64,000 bases of DNA from Podarcis vaucheri (taxonomy: Eukaryota), in assembly GCA_965113315.1 (NCBI GenBank), contig OZ220365.1. One strand, 5' to 3'. A model generated the notes under the pieces. That model saw only the letters and a program-made list of their open reading frames with translations. It did not search any database and was not told the DNA's origin. Below, piece by piece: positions 36,201 to 50,800 of the stretch (the first letter of the stretch is position 1; each line of letters begins with the position of its first letter). The position numbers and the translations under genes are program-made.

Positions 36201-39200
36201 AAATTTTCGTTTGTTTGCCTGCATGAACCCAGCTACTGATGTTGGCAAAAGAAACCTCCCTCCAGGAATACGGAACAGGTAGATACAGAACGTACATTTT
36301 TACAAAACCATTTTAAAGCTGAGAACAACTTGTAGCTCTTGAGGTGTTTGGCTTGCAGTAGCCTAGACTGTTGTACTTCTTTTGGTCTGTGTTGCATACA
36401 TCTCTGATTGGCATGCAGTAGCTTAGGGATATGAGGGACTTATGGCCAGCCAGTTTGTATTAAGACTCTTAACTCCCCATCCTCATCCCTGCTATAGCTG
36501 AAGCATGCTGGTGAGCTGCTATGTTGCAAAATACCTTTTGCTGCCAATCTCCGGAATAATAGACGTTGCACATTCTCTTTGAGGGCTGCCGTTGTCTTCA
36601 AGTGTCCTTTATGTCATCAGATTCAGAGTTGAATACTAGACATATATAGTGGTCTCATGGGAAAAATAAAAGGGAAATGATCTACATTGCTCTGTTGGCC
36701 ATCTTCTGATTGTCAGCATTACATGTTAGCTACAAAACAGCTGGATAAAAGGCTGGTTGGGTATATGGGTGGATTTTATGCTCACTTTGATCTTTCATAG
36801 CCCATGCAGTCCAAATTAGCTAGGCAAGCAGGAGCTGATGGTAGCTTGTCAAGTGTTCATTAAGCACTAAATTCTACAGTTGCACTTTCATTTCCCCACT
36901 GAATTGCTCAACAGGTTTTGACTTACAAACAGTGTGACATCAGTGACAAATGCATGGTGTTATCACTGCCCCTGCAGAGCTCAAAATAATTCAGCGGCAG
37001 TATCGTAGAAAACCCAATACCCTAGGTTTGAGTGTATAGCAGATGAAAGGATTCCAAAATTTGCCTATGTTAAAAGGTCTGCATTTTTCCAGAAACAACT
37101 AATGCTCAGATAAGCCAATAGAAGTGCAATTTAAATATTTTTTCATGTTTTAATTTTTTTTTATTTTTAATGGTATGTTTTAACTTTTGGGGTTGTATTC
37201 AGTGTAGCGCTAAGTAGTGCTTTGTGAGAGAAGCATTACTTCTGCTTGCATGGCAGGACATCTCTCCCCCCCTTCCCCTGTGTGTCCCCTAATCTGTTCT
37301 GGGGTTTCCCCAACCTTCTAGAAAGGTTTGGGGATGGTGGGGGCAGTGCTCCAAGACCAAAGGCAGGTGTTTTCCTAGGCTTGCTACCTGACTCCTTTTT
37401 AATTACAGCTCTTGGGGGTTGAGCCTGGGACTTCCTGCATGCTGAATTATGTGATTTCTAAGTAATCTGCAAGCTTTCACCGAATGTTACTTTATTACTA
37501 GTCTTTAATTCAGTACGTTTGTAATTGGTTGTGATGTCGACAGGCTAGGGTCCGTGATCAAACATCAGACTTTGGTATCAATAAGCAGACAGGTGTTTTA
37601 CAATGTAATGTTGTCTTGTAGGTTCACTGAACTTTACGTAGAAGAGTTACAAAATGAAGGAGACTTGCAGATTCTTATCATGGATTATCTCAAAGGGCTG
37701 AATGTGAGCAAGAGTGTAGTGCAAGGGATCGTAAAGTAAGTTTCTGATGAACAGAAAGTACTGTATAAATTGTAAGATTTGATAAGAGTCTTTGGGAAAG
37801 TTTTGTATTTAACTTGTAGCAGTGCTTTTTTCTGGGGCGGGGGGGGGAGCAGGGGTACGCATACCCCTAAACATTTTGTGAATCTAAGTTTGACCTCATT
37901 AAGGCACAGTATTTCAGTATGAGTAGGAAAATGAAAGTACTCCTAAACATTTTTAAATAAGAAAAAAAAGCACTGACATGTAGAGTCTTATTTCTGAAAC
38001 TGGGGTACTTAACCTGTGGTCCTCAGAAGTTGCTGTACTGCATCTCCTATCATCCCTGACCTTTGGATACACAGGCTGAAGGTGATGGGAATTCAGAGTT
38101 CAGATTGCGCTTTTCAGCCTTTTGAATTTCCTCTATGCGTTGCCATTTCTTTGAGCTCATTACAGTTCAAAACGTCAAATAATTTATTTAAATTGTGCAC
38201 CAGTTTCCAGATGTGTATCCCACTTGCTTTCCGTGTTTTTACTAAATAAGTATGAGCTCCACTCCCTGAGTGTCATTGTCTTAGCAAATATCACTGTCAG
38301 TCAAGAAATATGGGCTTTTTCCTGCTTTTCTAAGCCCCAATATTTGAATAAATTTTAATCAGAAGCCTTGAGTATTTCAATTTTATTCTACGAGTATTAG
38401 CGTAACATGGATGCCCTCTTCTCTCTGACAGTGGTTCAGAAGTTCATTCTAACTCTTAACTCCTGAAATTTATGAGGAATTTTCATGTTTGAAGACTTTA
38501 ATTTCTTTAGAAAACTATTTATTATTGGATAATGTATTACACCACTTTATTTTTCTATTGCTGGGGTGAGATTAATATGGAGGGGAAAGCATTTATTTTT
38601 AACCACTGTTTTTAATATTTTGGATATCTTAAATAGCTAAATAAAATTATCAATAATTTAAATGTTATATTTTATAAAATGCTTACAGGTTTCTTTATGA
38701 GTTTTGTTAAATGGATACATCTGAATATTAAGGGACTATCTCATAGAGGGCCCCACTCTGTATATACTGCAATACACGACTCCAATTTCTATGAATGGTG
38801 TGAAATTGCAGGGGTCCCATACATGATAAACCCAGTATCTGTATTTCCTTTTAGAAAAATGGGGCACAGTTGAGCCTGTGGTGTTTTTATGATATATGGT
38901 TTATTTATGCATATATACAACATGAAGCCTAAAAGGAGAATCTGAGCATTACACCCATACAGATGGTCCCTTGCTCTTTCATAGCTGTGCTCCACTTCTA
39001 GGCAAGGGAACATTTTGGCTTAGTACAGTCATTTAGAATTAAGCTTATATTTTATGACAGTTTTCTCTAACCTGGTGCATCCCATCATATCTGTTGGCCA
39101 AGCTTATTGGGATTCATGGGAGTTGCAGTCTTTCACCAGATGTTCTGGAAGACTGATATGTGATATATAGACTGAGCCTTACTTGGATTGGTTAGCAACG

Positions 39201-42200
39201 ATGTGGAGTGAAATATCTTTTGCACCCTTATTCAATCTTGAAGGGGACAATATTTATTCAGGAAAAGGAACTCCACAGCACATTGAGGTATCAAGCCCCT
39301 AGATAAATTAACTCCTGTTGATATGGTAGAAAAATGAGTGTAATACATGAAAAATATGCTTCATATATATATATATAACCCTTCACTTCTGCAGCTTTTA
39401 TTTGTCTGTGAGAAAGGAGTGTGAAACAAAACTAGTAGATGGGACAGGCCACAGACCTCATTACAGCCTTCGTACTCTCTGCAGAGCTTTGAAATTTGCA
39501 TCATCCAACCCATGCTGCAGCATACAGCGCTCTCTTTATGAGGTGACTATCTTTGTTCTCTGTTCCTAAACTTCCTTCTCTCTTTCCTTTTGTCTTTAGA
39601 CAAAGAGAGAGAGAAATTCTCTGGCATTAGCAATTAAAATCTCTTTGAAACTAGCTACTTAAAAAAACCCCAAATCTGTTTTCTTCTCGATAGGGCTTTT
39701 GCTTGGGTTTTCTCACCCAGCTTGACAGAAGTTCTTACCCTGTTGTTCAAAAGCTAATATGTCAGCATATTCTGTCTGGAAACGTGAAAAGCATCCTCAA
39801 GCAGGCAAGTAATTTCTTACTATTAGTGTGTGTGTGTGAATGGAATTGTTCTTAGTTTGAGTTCTCCCATCCTCAGAATTTTTTTTGGGATATGACATAA
39901 AATACATAGAACAAAACTCAATTTGAATTCTGAGTTTAATTTTACCCACCCTGGATTAAATCAAGGGTTTCCCATTTTCACCTGGAAGGATGCATTCTGT
40001 TTGCTGAATGGACTGACATTGATCAAAGTGCCTTGCTTGGAGGAAGGTGGAAGACAATTGTTACTGATCTCATCTGCGCATACCCTAGCAGTACCTTTCA
40101 CACTGTTTTTGAAAGTCTCCCAACCATCTGGACGGGTCTGCAGGAGAAAGTGGAAATTGACAAAATACTCCCTCCCCACCCCACCCAACCCCGATAGGAG
40201 CACCCTATAAGATAAATCCCACTTACGGGAATGCTGAATCCATGTAAGGTTTGGAAATACATTGGCTTAGATCTAGAGTTCATTCCTGCTGATGGAAAGG
40301 TGAGAAGGTGACTTTTTCCAGTTCCCCTTCCTTCTGCATTTGGAAATATTGTTCAGTTTGTTGGAGCCGTTTCTAGAATAGTGTGAAAGGTGATTTCGGG
40401 GGTGTAAGATTGGGAGGAGGGCTTTCATCCACTTCTGCCAATGAGATGCTGCCTGCTGGATCAAAAATCTTCCATGAATGGAAGGAGTCCTTCTGTTCTC
40501 AGAGGGAGTCCAGTCCATTGTGTTAATATATCCCTCCTCTCTTCCACACCAGGTGTAGACTCTGTGCTTGCTTGGTGTATTATACCATAACCAGAGGATG
40601 ATAATCTTCTGCATCTCACGTATGAAGGAAATACCACATGAATTCTGGGGTTCTAAGAATGTGTTGCTTAGCTAAACAAAGAACAGAATTATTATGCGGA
40701 TATAGCAGTTCATAACATAAGCTGGTTTTGTTTCTGTAATGTCGTTCTAGTCGTTACCAGAGCCTAAAGGAGGGAGAATGATTAAGGTAGAGGGATACTG
40801 GATTTCAATTGGTGACATGGAACCAACCGTGGATGAGACTTATGTGCTCACAGCTTCAGTTAAACTTAACCTCAGAGACATCGTCAGAGTTGTATCAGCT
40901 GGGTATGTTGGACTTCAGCTGTACCTTTTTCTTTCCTTTGGAAATAGTTTCATTTCAATTGGTGAGAATAAAATAATCACTTGCTAATTGTTCACGAGAG
41001 CATACTTCCTTGAATTGTGGTACAGTTCATATTTTTTTTATTTAATAATGTTCTTATTTTATAGGTACTGCAAAAAGCCAAAAATTAACTGAAAACAGTA
41101 TTGCAAATATATAAGCAATTGACAAATGTCTCTGTTGTAGAAAAGCACGAAAATATTTTCTACATCAGCAGTAACAGTGGGGGGTGACTTAAAACTGTTT
41201 CTGTTCTTGATTGCTTGTAGTTGGAATAATTTCTGGAGCATTGCTATGACTCTGGAATAAACTATGCCATACATGTTCTTCAGTCTTCTTGAAATTATGG
41301 AATTCTGCTTTTGGAGATCCCATGGTGTGAATTGTTTATGTGGCCAAATTTTGACGTATATGGGCCTAGAAATCATGACTTGAAATTCACTGAGTTGGGG
41401 CTGTTTACGTTCCACCTTGTTTTTGCATTCTTGCTAACAGGAAGCAAACAAGATGGCAGCCTACATTTCCAAGTCTATTTTAGCAATGTGAGGAATGTAA
41501 GCAATTGTTTGTTTTGTTTTTAAGAAACCAGAATTTTGAAGTGTTTAAGACTCTTAACAAGTATGTACAATACACAAAAGTGTCTCTTTGCTCCATGGGA
41601 GTGAACGACTACAATAAATACATAGTTCAAGTTTCAGACATTTGCTGGAGGAGGTGTATAACATGACAATTAAGAAGCACAAATACTGTTGTCAGTTGTC
41701 CCTAGTTTTGACTTGTTTATTCTGAACTTCAGCATATTTTTCTTTTTTTATCACACAACACAACAGGAAGCCCAATTCTCATTTCTGGAAGTGCCCTTAA
41801 TCAGTATATGTTGTAAAAAGACCTTGAAGCCAATCAGGTACAGTGGTACCTCAGTTTACGAACTTAATCCATTCCAGAAGTCCATTCTTAAATCGAAACC
41901 GTTCTAAAACCGAGGCACACTTTCCCTAATGAGGTCTCCCACTGCCTTCCACCGTTCAGCTTCCATTCTTAGGTAAAGTTCACAAACCGGGACACTACTT
42001 CCAGTTTTGTGGAGTTTGTAAACCGAATAGTTTGTAAACAGGGTTGTTTCTAAATGGAGGTACCACTGTGGCTTCTAATAATAATAATAATAGTTATAGT
42101 AATAATTCACCACCATAGAACACAATATCCAACTTGGCTGTTTTCTAATTCTTTAAGGACCTATCCAGTGTTGATTCAAGGAGACACATCCATTGGTAAA

Positions 42201-45200
42201 ACCAGTTTAATACGCTGGGTGGCTGCTGCAACCGGGAACCATTGTGTTAGGATTAACAATCATGAACATACTGACATCCAAGAGTACATTGGCTGTTATA
42301 CTTCAGATCCATCTGGGAAGCTGATGTTTAAGGAAGGTAGGACTTTGATTATTACCTCAGTCACTCAGTGTTTCCTTGCCAGCTGGCTCTCCTACATGCT
42401 CAAACAGATGCTTGCCTGGCTTGCCTCAAGTGGGCAACTCATTTATTTCTTTTTTTCTGTAAATGCTTCATAGGAGTCCTCATTGATGCTATGCGAAAGG
42501 GCTACTGGATAATCCTGGATGAACTCAACCTGGCACCCACTGATGTTTTGGAGGCCCTGAACAGATTATTGGATGACAACAGAGAGCTGTTCATAACAGA
42601 AACCCAAGAAACAGTCAAAGCTCACCCAAGATTCATGCTCTTTGCTACACAGAATCCTCCAGGGCTCTATGGAGGCAGGAAGGTACATACATAGTTTCCT
42701 CAGGTGAAGCTGGCTTTCTTTTGATACTGTTATTTACACGTACACTCCACCATTTCTTCAAGGACCTTATGGTGGCATATGTGATTTCTCTCTTTCACCT
42801 TAGTCCTGTGCAGTAGGTTAGGCTGAGTGGTAGTTTGAGTGAAAGACTGACCTAGGATCACCAAGTGGTGAGTTGAACCTGAGTCTTCCTCACTGCTAGT
42901 CAAACACTCTAGTCTTTGTAGCATATCCCGAACCAATAGTGAAATCAGTCTCCAAGTTGCCAATCCAAAATGGTACCATCCAAACACAAGAGAGAGGTGT
43001 CAGCAGAGTTGGGAGAACCCCACTGTTTGCAGACATGCACAGAAATCTTCGGGGGGGGGATTAAGAGGGCAAACCCATTGAGTATGAACATGTTCAGTGG
43101 CCATGTAATACTAGCTGACTGTTTGAGGGTGGGAAACTCATGTTTTCAGTGTGTGTGAATTTCTCAGTAGATTAACACTTGACAGGTGGTTTTTGTGTGT
43201 GTGTCTTAAGGTATTGTCCAGAGCTTTCAGGAACAGATTTGTGGAGCTGCATTTTGATGAGCTACCAAGTACAGAGCTAGAAACCATCCTGCACAAAAGA
43301 TGCGACCTTCCACCTTCGTACTGCAGTAAACTTGTCAAAGTCATGCTGGAGTTGCAGGTATGGACAGTAATCTTTTTTCTCTTAATGAGAAAATAATAGA
43401 GAAGTCACTTGAGCCCTAGTTGTAGTTTGGTGTCTTATACTCAAGGCATACACATTTATTGGCTTTGGGGGATTTGTTTGGGAGGGGGTATTGTTGTGCT
43501 ACATAGCAACCTGCCAGAATATGTTTGGCCCAGGGGACTGATGGTCATTACTGAAATATTGGTGAAATTTGGACACAAAAATGCTACGAAGACAACTTGG
43601 AGAATTGTTGGTAAGGAGGGGAGGCATTTCAAGAGCAGTGGAAAATTCAGTTGTGGGTACAGAAAATTGTGTTGGATCATGAATGCTTTTATGTCCTTTT
43701 AAATCTAGTCTTATCGCAGAGGTTCCTCAGTATTTGCTGGCAAGCATGGTTTCATTACCCTTCGGGATCTCTTTCGCTGGGCTGAAAGGTACCGATTAGC
43801 AGAACAGATGGAGAAGGAGTATGACTGGCTTCAGCATTTAGCAAATGACGGTGAGTCTCCACTCGTTTCTTTTCAATTTACACAGCCAGTGTGTCCAGTT
43901 CAGTAGCCACATTTCAACTGTTTTTCAAAAGTGGTGAACATCCTGATAAACTGTTGTCTTTCTGTTACTAGGATTCATGCTTCTGGCAGGAAGGGTCAGG
44001 AAACAAGAAGAAGTTGACGTTATCCAAACAGTCATTGAAAAACACTTTAAGAGAAAGCTGCATCCCCAGCGCCTCTACTCAGAAGAAAGCGTAAAGAAGC
44101 AAATGGGTAAATTTGAAAAACAATGACAATAATAAAAGAAGATTTAATGTTTGCCTGAAGCTAATTAATTTGTTTTTGTTTGTTTCCTTCCCCAACCCTA
44201 TTACCACTTCGAACCAGCTAAAGCATCTAAGTGGACATCTGTAATGGGTGATGAATTCAGTCACATTGTGTGGACTCAAGGGATGACAAGGCTTGCCATT
44301 TTGGCAGGCCGAGCATTAGAGTTTGGTGAACCTATACTTCTGGTTGGAGACACAGGGTAAACCAGCCTTCAATATATTCATTATTAGTTTTATTTATTTT
44401 TTGCGTAGAGCAACAGACGAAGTCACTGGAGTTTAACTGACTGCAAGCTTTTTGTTATGCAGGTGTGGCAAAACTACTATTTGTCAGATATTTGCAGCAT
44501 TGGCTGGTCGGAAATTACATTCTGTGAACTGTCACTTGCACATGGAGACCTCTGACTTCCTGGGTGGACTGCGACCCGTCAGGCAGAGATCAAAGGATGA
44601 GGTAAGTTGGCATTATGGTGCCTGATATAATTGAGAGCTTGAAAAATCCACAAAGTGTGTATCTGCAAATGTGTATGTATGTATGTATGTATGTATGTAT
44701 GTATGTATGTATATGTACACACACTTGATCAGACTTACCTTTTTTCTTTCAAACAGGAGTTTGATAGTTCTAGGCTCTTTGAATGGCATGATGGAGCCCT
44801 TGTTTTAGCAATGAGAGAGGGTGGCTTTTTTCTCATGGATGAGATTTCATTGGCCGATGATTCTGTTCTAGAAAGACTAAATAGGTATGTACTTGAAAAC
44901 TGGGCATTTTTTAGTCTGTTGTCTTGGCGTGTCATTCACAAATGCAAATTGGATAAATCTTAACTTTTCCCTGGCTTCTTCTGATTCTTGCTGCTCTAAA
45001 CAACGCGAGTTGCAAAGCTTCGGTTGATTAGGCAAGTTTCTAGTGTTTTGTATGGATGTTTGGAAATTTAACGAGAACAAATACTGAGAACGTGGTTTTA
45101 TTTCAGCGTCCTTGAAACTGAAAAGACGCTGGTGTTGGCTGAAAAAGCCAGTGAGGACAATGAGGTAGAACTGCTGACGGCAGGAAAGAAGTTTCGCATT

Positions 45201-47817
45201 TTAGCCACAATGAATCCTGGCGGCGACTTTGGGAAGAAAGAGGTAATGTACGAAAATGCCGTTCTGTGCTGGCTGCCACTTTCAATTACCTGTAGTTTTA
45301 GGAATGAAAAAAATACCTATTCTGACTTGGTCTTAGGGTTTTTCTAGAAGCTTGTAAGGCATTGCAACCAGTCCCACATCCTACTTTTCCCAGACCCCAG
45401 ACTCTTTGATAGTTACATTTTCCTTATCACATGGCTGTCCTTCGCAGGCTACAGCTGCTTGGGAGCCCCATGCCCTTACCTGTAAGAAAGACCACACACA
45501 TTCACACTCCCAGTTCTTTTATTTATGACCTAATTACCACAGGGAGGAAGAGACAGGAAAGCTCTTACCACCAGGCCTTTCAAGTCAAGTAGGTTACATT
45601 TCAAGGAGTAAAGAGTACTAAAATAATATTAAACGGTTAGGAAAAGCTGTTTCAGTATAAATTCATATATCATTTGTTTCACCACATAGTGATCCATTGC
45701 AGGGGAAGGTGGCCATCAGACTGAAAAAAATTCCCTGCCCCGACCTAGCTCCACATGGAGCTCTGACAGCTAATTTGATTGTTGATTGATTGTTGATTGT
45801 TTGATTGTTGGAACCGAGTAAATAGATAGAATTAATCGAAAAAATGTGGAAATGGTTGAGATTAATAAAATTAGCGATGATGAAGAAAATGCAGCATGAA
45901 GTGTGGGTTGGTTTGGGATCCTGTAGTAGATCATATTATAAGACTATTAGGAATTTCAGGGGCAGGAATTAATGTCATTCTCCTCTGAGAATGTCATAAA
46001 ATATCAAGACTATTAAGCTGCAAGTATGTTTGTATGAGTAAATCGTTTTTCTAAGGATAAATTAGGTCTAATAAAACATTCATTTTAAAAAAGTAAAACT
46101 CATTTTTATGCAGTTTTGTTCTTTGACACACACTATTCTAACCTATTGTGCTTTTTGATACTCTCTTACACATTATTTATAGCAATATGTTTTCCCTCGT
46201 TTTATAATTCTTCTGTTTTCTCTTTTTATCCCAGTAACCCTCTTTGAGGATTCTTAAATTTTCCTCTGAGCAGTTCCCTTCATAATAACTGCACTTAATA
46301 TTTTCTTGCCCATAGCTGTCGCCTGCCTTGCGTAATAGATTTACAGAAATATGGTGTCCGCAAAGTAACAACCGTATGGATTTAATGCAAATTGTAAACC
46401 ATAATCTTCATCCAGGACTCTGCTTTGCCAAACAGAATGACAAAGGTAAATATCAGAGGTATTTGTTCACCAACTCCATCACCTACTTATTCTCTCTGGG
46501 TGTCCCTCTGCTTATATCAGTAATGGGAGACCTTTTCAGCACGAGGGTCACATGCCAGTGTTGGCCAGATTAAGAAGCACCTCTCCCCTCTTCCTTAAAG
46601 CTTTCTCTTCGTACTCTAGTGAGTTTTAGGGCTGCCATGCTCTGCTGGTTTAATCACATTCAGGCAGGATTTTCCATCCTTTGTAGGCCAGGAAGAGAAT
46701 AGAAAAAAGAAAGAACAGAAAAGATGTTAACAGTCAAAAGAGACTTTTATGAAACTGCTAAAGCAGTTTCAAAACCAGTGAAGTGGTTTTGTTGCTGAAA
46801 AACGTCTGCAATCACTTCTGAGTACCTTTCTCCCTAGTAACCAGCCTGCACTCCTCCGTTTCTGTGTCCCAGTGGGGTTTCCTTCTAAAAGACCTTCTGT
46901 TCTTGCAAGTCAGCTTCTCTCAGATTCTAAAAGCTAAGAAGTTAGTTCAGGCGGTTCTGAAATAGTCTCACTCTCTTAAACGCTGCCCATAGGTTTTTCT
47001 CTAAGCTGAATAATATTCCTGTGGAGAAGTCCCATGGGACTCCTGCTACAAATGGCACAGACTGAAGGTACCACTTACCTGTTGTTCAGATGCGACTAGC
47101 AGATAACAGAAATTGCAAACAGGTGTGATCTTGCGATACTGCAATTTTTCACTTGAGATTTAGTCCAATGCATGTTTATCTGGCAGTATGACAAATTGAA
47201 TATAGGAGTGCTTACCTTTGAGTATGTTTCAGATGCTGTATGTTCCAAATTCTATACTTGATAAACCTAGATTGTGGAATTGAAATATATTTGCATAATA
47301 TTGGGGTCATTTAAAGTGCAAAATCAGTTTCCTTTTGCTTAAATTTTATCATTGCCTGGACAGTGATTTAAGGAAGAACAGTTCGAGCTCTTAGTACGTT
47401 GAAAGGGATAAAAAAAGTTTGGAATTCAGTGACTAGATTCTGTGGTATAGGCAGAGGTTGCTATGCATATTGTCACCAGAGACCTCATTTGAACACAGCT
47501 GTAAGTTGCTGTCGGAAAAAGCTCTTGCAAATTGAACATCTAAGGATTGTTCTAGTCCAAATATATGTGCATGTTATACAGGTCTGACCTAGGTTCTTTA
47601 TTATCCAAGGTTTTAAATGAAGGATGAAAAAATAAGTAGTGCTGATGAAACAAACACTCTTATTTTTTCTCTGGCCCAATGGTTGCTAGTGGCTTGAATT
47701 AATTAATTTTTATAATGAATGATTTTAGAATGTTGTTTATGTTGTACTTTGTACTGTTTTATTGTTGTTAGCCGCCCTGAGCCCGGCTTCGGCTGGGGAG
47801 GGCGGGATATAAATAAA

Positions 47818-47880
<63 letters not shown>

Positions 47881-50800
47881 CCTTGGCTATATTCTCTGCA
47901 TTAAGATGAATGTTTGTCCTCTTAGGCTTAAAGTAATGGTCTGGGCCAAAGTTCAGTCACTGTGGACAAAGAGACCAATGAAGTTGCAGGATCAAAGCAT
48001 GTTTTGAATTTTGCATCTGCTGATTTACTTGTGGATGGGTTTTTTTAAAAGCATTCAACCCTTTCTACTTTTGCAAATATTTATGTAAAAACATTTAAGC
48101 ACTTCTATTCAGTTATCTTGCAAAAATTATGTACAGAGGCCTCTGCATCCCTTGTGGGTCATTGTGAATTACTGCAAAACATATTCTGTTTCAGGTCTGT
48201 GTCTTATGTATTTTTTCTCTTCTCTCCATCTAATCACCTTTCCCAGGGGCAGATATTGCAGGGCTCATGATGGATTTCATAGAGTGGCTGACCAATCAAA
48301 AATTTGGACACCACTGTATCCTCAGCATCCGGGATGTTTTGTCGTGGGTCAGCTTCATGAATGCTATGGCGCAAGACAAACTATCCAGTTCTTCAGAGGA
48401 GCACCAGCTTTTTAGTGTCTGTCCAGTGACAACATTTGTCCATGCTGCATGTCTGGTGTACATAGATGGAATAGGTTCAGGTATGTCTTCAGTTTCTTTG
48501 CTTTATCTCTGAATAGTTCAGATCGTTTATTGGGGAGGGGGTCCCTCAACCACTGGATGAGAACTACGCAAGGTTTAAAGCAAGTTTGTCATTTTGGAAC
48601 AAAAATAGTAAACAGTCTCAAGACGCATGCAAGCAACGTATAGTGTTTGTGCTACAGAGTGTGCATTACAGATTTTGGCCATACCTTACTGTTAACTATA
48701 TGTTCATTTCCACCATTGACATATAACTATGATCTCTTCTTCCCTCTACCCCCTATGTAGGCACCATGTCCTGTTTGGCTGGCTCAGCTGCTTTGGCTCG
48801 TGAAAAATGCCTGGAATATTTGTGTGGGAAAATTTCCCAAGTAGTGCAACTCACTGAGGTTCAGAAGAATGAGCTGAAAATATATGACCTGAAGAGGGAG
48901 AGGGAAATGGTTTGGATGGAGAACCACATAGGAATCCACCCATTTTTCATACCAACAGGCAAGGAACTCTTTTGGTGGTATTGCTGCTGCTGCACAATTT
49001 GAATGGTGATGTGCCGCTTACGATGACTTAAGAGCAGAATGCATGAGAGATGACAAACATGCAGAAAAAAATAATTTGTTGCAGTCCTTCCAAGACCCTT
49101 CCATTTCTAATCGAGTGCTTGAATGCTCTTTTCTCAGATGAAGGCACTTAGCTTAGACTTCGCTCTGGCATGCTAGCTTTCCATATGCATGGAGTTTTTA
49201 AGAGCTTTAATGGCGGAGCATTCAAATATTTTACTCCACAATCTGTAGTTAGAATTGTTAAGTATCATAATTCCTTGTATTTCAGATGTTAAGACAGGAG
49301 TGCCGTTGCTTAATATAGCTAAGCCTGCACCACCCATTAAAAAGAGGGGAGATTGCAAAAATACAAAACTTTGGAGGAAAATCCCTCTGCATCAAGATGA
49401 ATGTTGATCTGGTACCATTATTCTGTCTGATGAGCTAGTACTTTCACTGAAGCAAAAATGTTGATCATCTTACCCTGTAATCTAATTATTTTTTTATTTG
49501 CTTTCTCTGTTCTGTAGGCCCTATTTACCAGAAGAACAATGTCTCAGACTATGCTCTAAATGCAGGAACTACAGCAATGAATGCACAGCGGTTGTTAAGG
49601 GCCTTGCAACTTAACAAGCCCATTCTCCTGGAAGGCTCTCCAGGGGTTGGGAAAACCAGCCTAGTAGCAGCCTTGGCAAAGGCTTCTGGAAATTGCCTTG
49701 TTAGAATCAATCTTTCTGAACAAACGGTAGGTAGGGATTACTGTGTTCTCCACTGAAATGCCCGTACTTGTGAATGTGAGAGTCTATACGTGCAAGTTAA
49801 CAGGTGTTAAGTTTTCACAAATCTTGAGAATACTCCTAATTGATTGGGGAGGGGGAAGATGCTTAGAAATAGGTAAGTTTAATAAGGGGTGTATTGTTGA
49901 TTAATTCTAAGAGGAAGCATTGTATTCCTTTTCCTGTCTAGTAAAGGGACACATTCTGCTAGAATTGTGATCCATCTATTGGTGTGGATGATCAAAACAA
50001 ACTGCCTAAAATACCGATGCAAAGAACCTTGATCAAAGTTTGCTGCTTGAATATTGGTTAAAATCGTAATGGTTTAGAATTATTTTTCTTTATTTTTAAA
50101 ATTACTCTTGGGTTTCATTTTTGTTCATAGAACGCACTTACTGGCTGATGCAACAGATGCATTGAACAAAATATTTATAACTCTTGGTATAAATGCTACT
50201 GGATTATTACTGCAAGCCTAGGAGAGCTTTTTCTAAATTGCAATTGTTTCACATGCATTTGGAAACCTTGACTTTTCTTCCTTCTGATCCAGGACGTCAC
50301 AGATTTGTTTGGCACAGACTTACCTGTTGAAGGGGGCAAAGGAGGGGAATTTACCTGGCGTGATGGACCTTTGCTTGCAGCATTGAAAGCTGGACACTGG
50401 ATTGTATTAGATGAGGTGAGTTCAGCTTAATGTAGCACAGAAAAAGGATTTTCGTTCCTTTTTTTGAAAATGAGGTCTCTAGCTGTCTCAGTTTGCTGTT
50501 TGGGGACTTTAAAAGGATCTTATCCAAACATGGTAAAGTTAACAGTGCATTCTCCTTACGTGGAGAAAGTATCCTGGAACAGTCTGCTGCTCCCATTTAT
50601 TCAAGAGGCTGCTCAGATTTTATCTTCAGTTTTCCAGTGAGAGAACACACACTTGCTTTTTCTGGGGTGGCAGTTGCAGAAGGCGATTTTGTGGACAAAC
50701 AACTTGAGTTCTGTGTCATGGATGTGCTGCAGTTTACAGAAGATTAAAACTACTACTTACCTTTTAAGTACCGTCTTAGGGCTGAATTAGCTTGAAATCA

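Noticed and set aside
38700-38830. Possible intronic H/ACA snoRNA (small hairpin followed by ACA)
   Set aside because: The first hairpin and H box are unconvincing; an Rfam/snoReport scan would be needed
47719-47904. Poly-Tyr ORF
   Set aside because: Translation of the (TAT)n tail of a LINE
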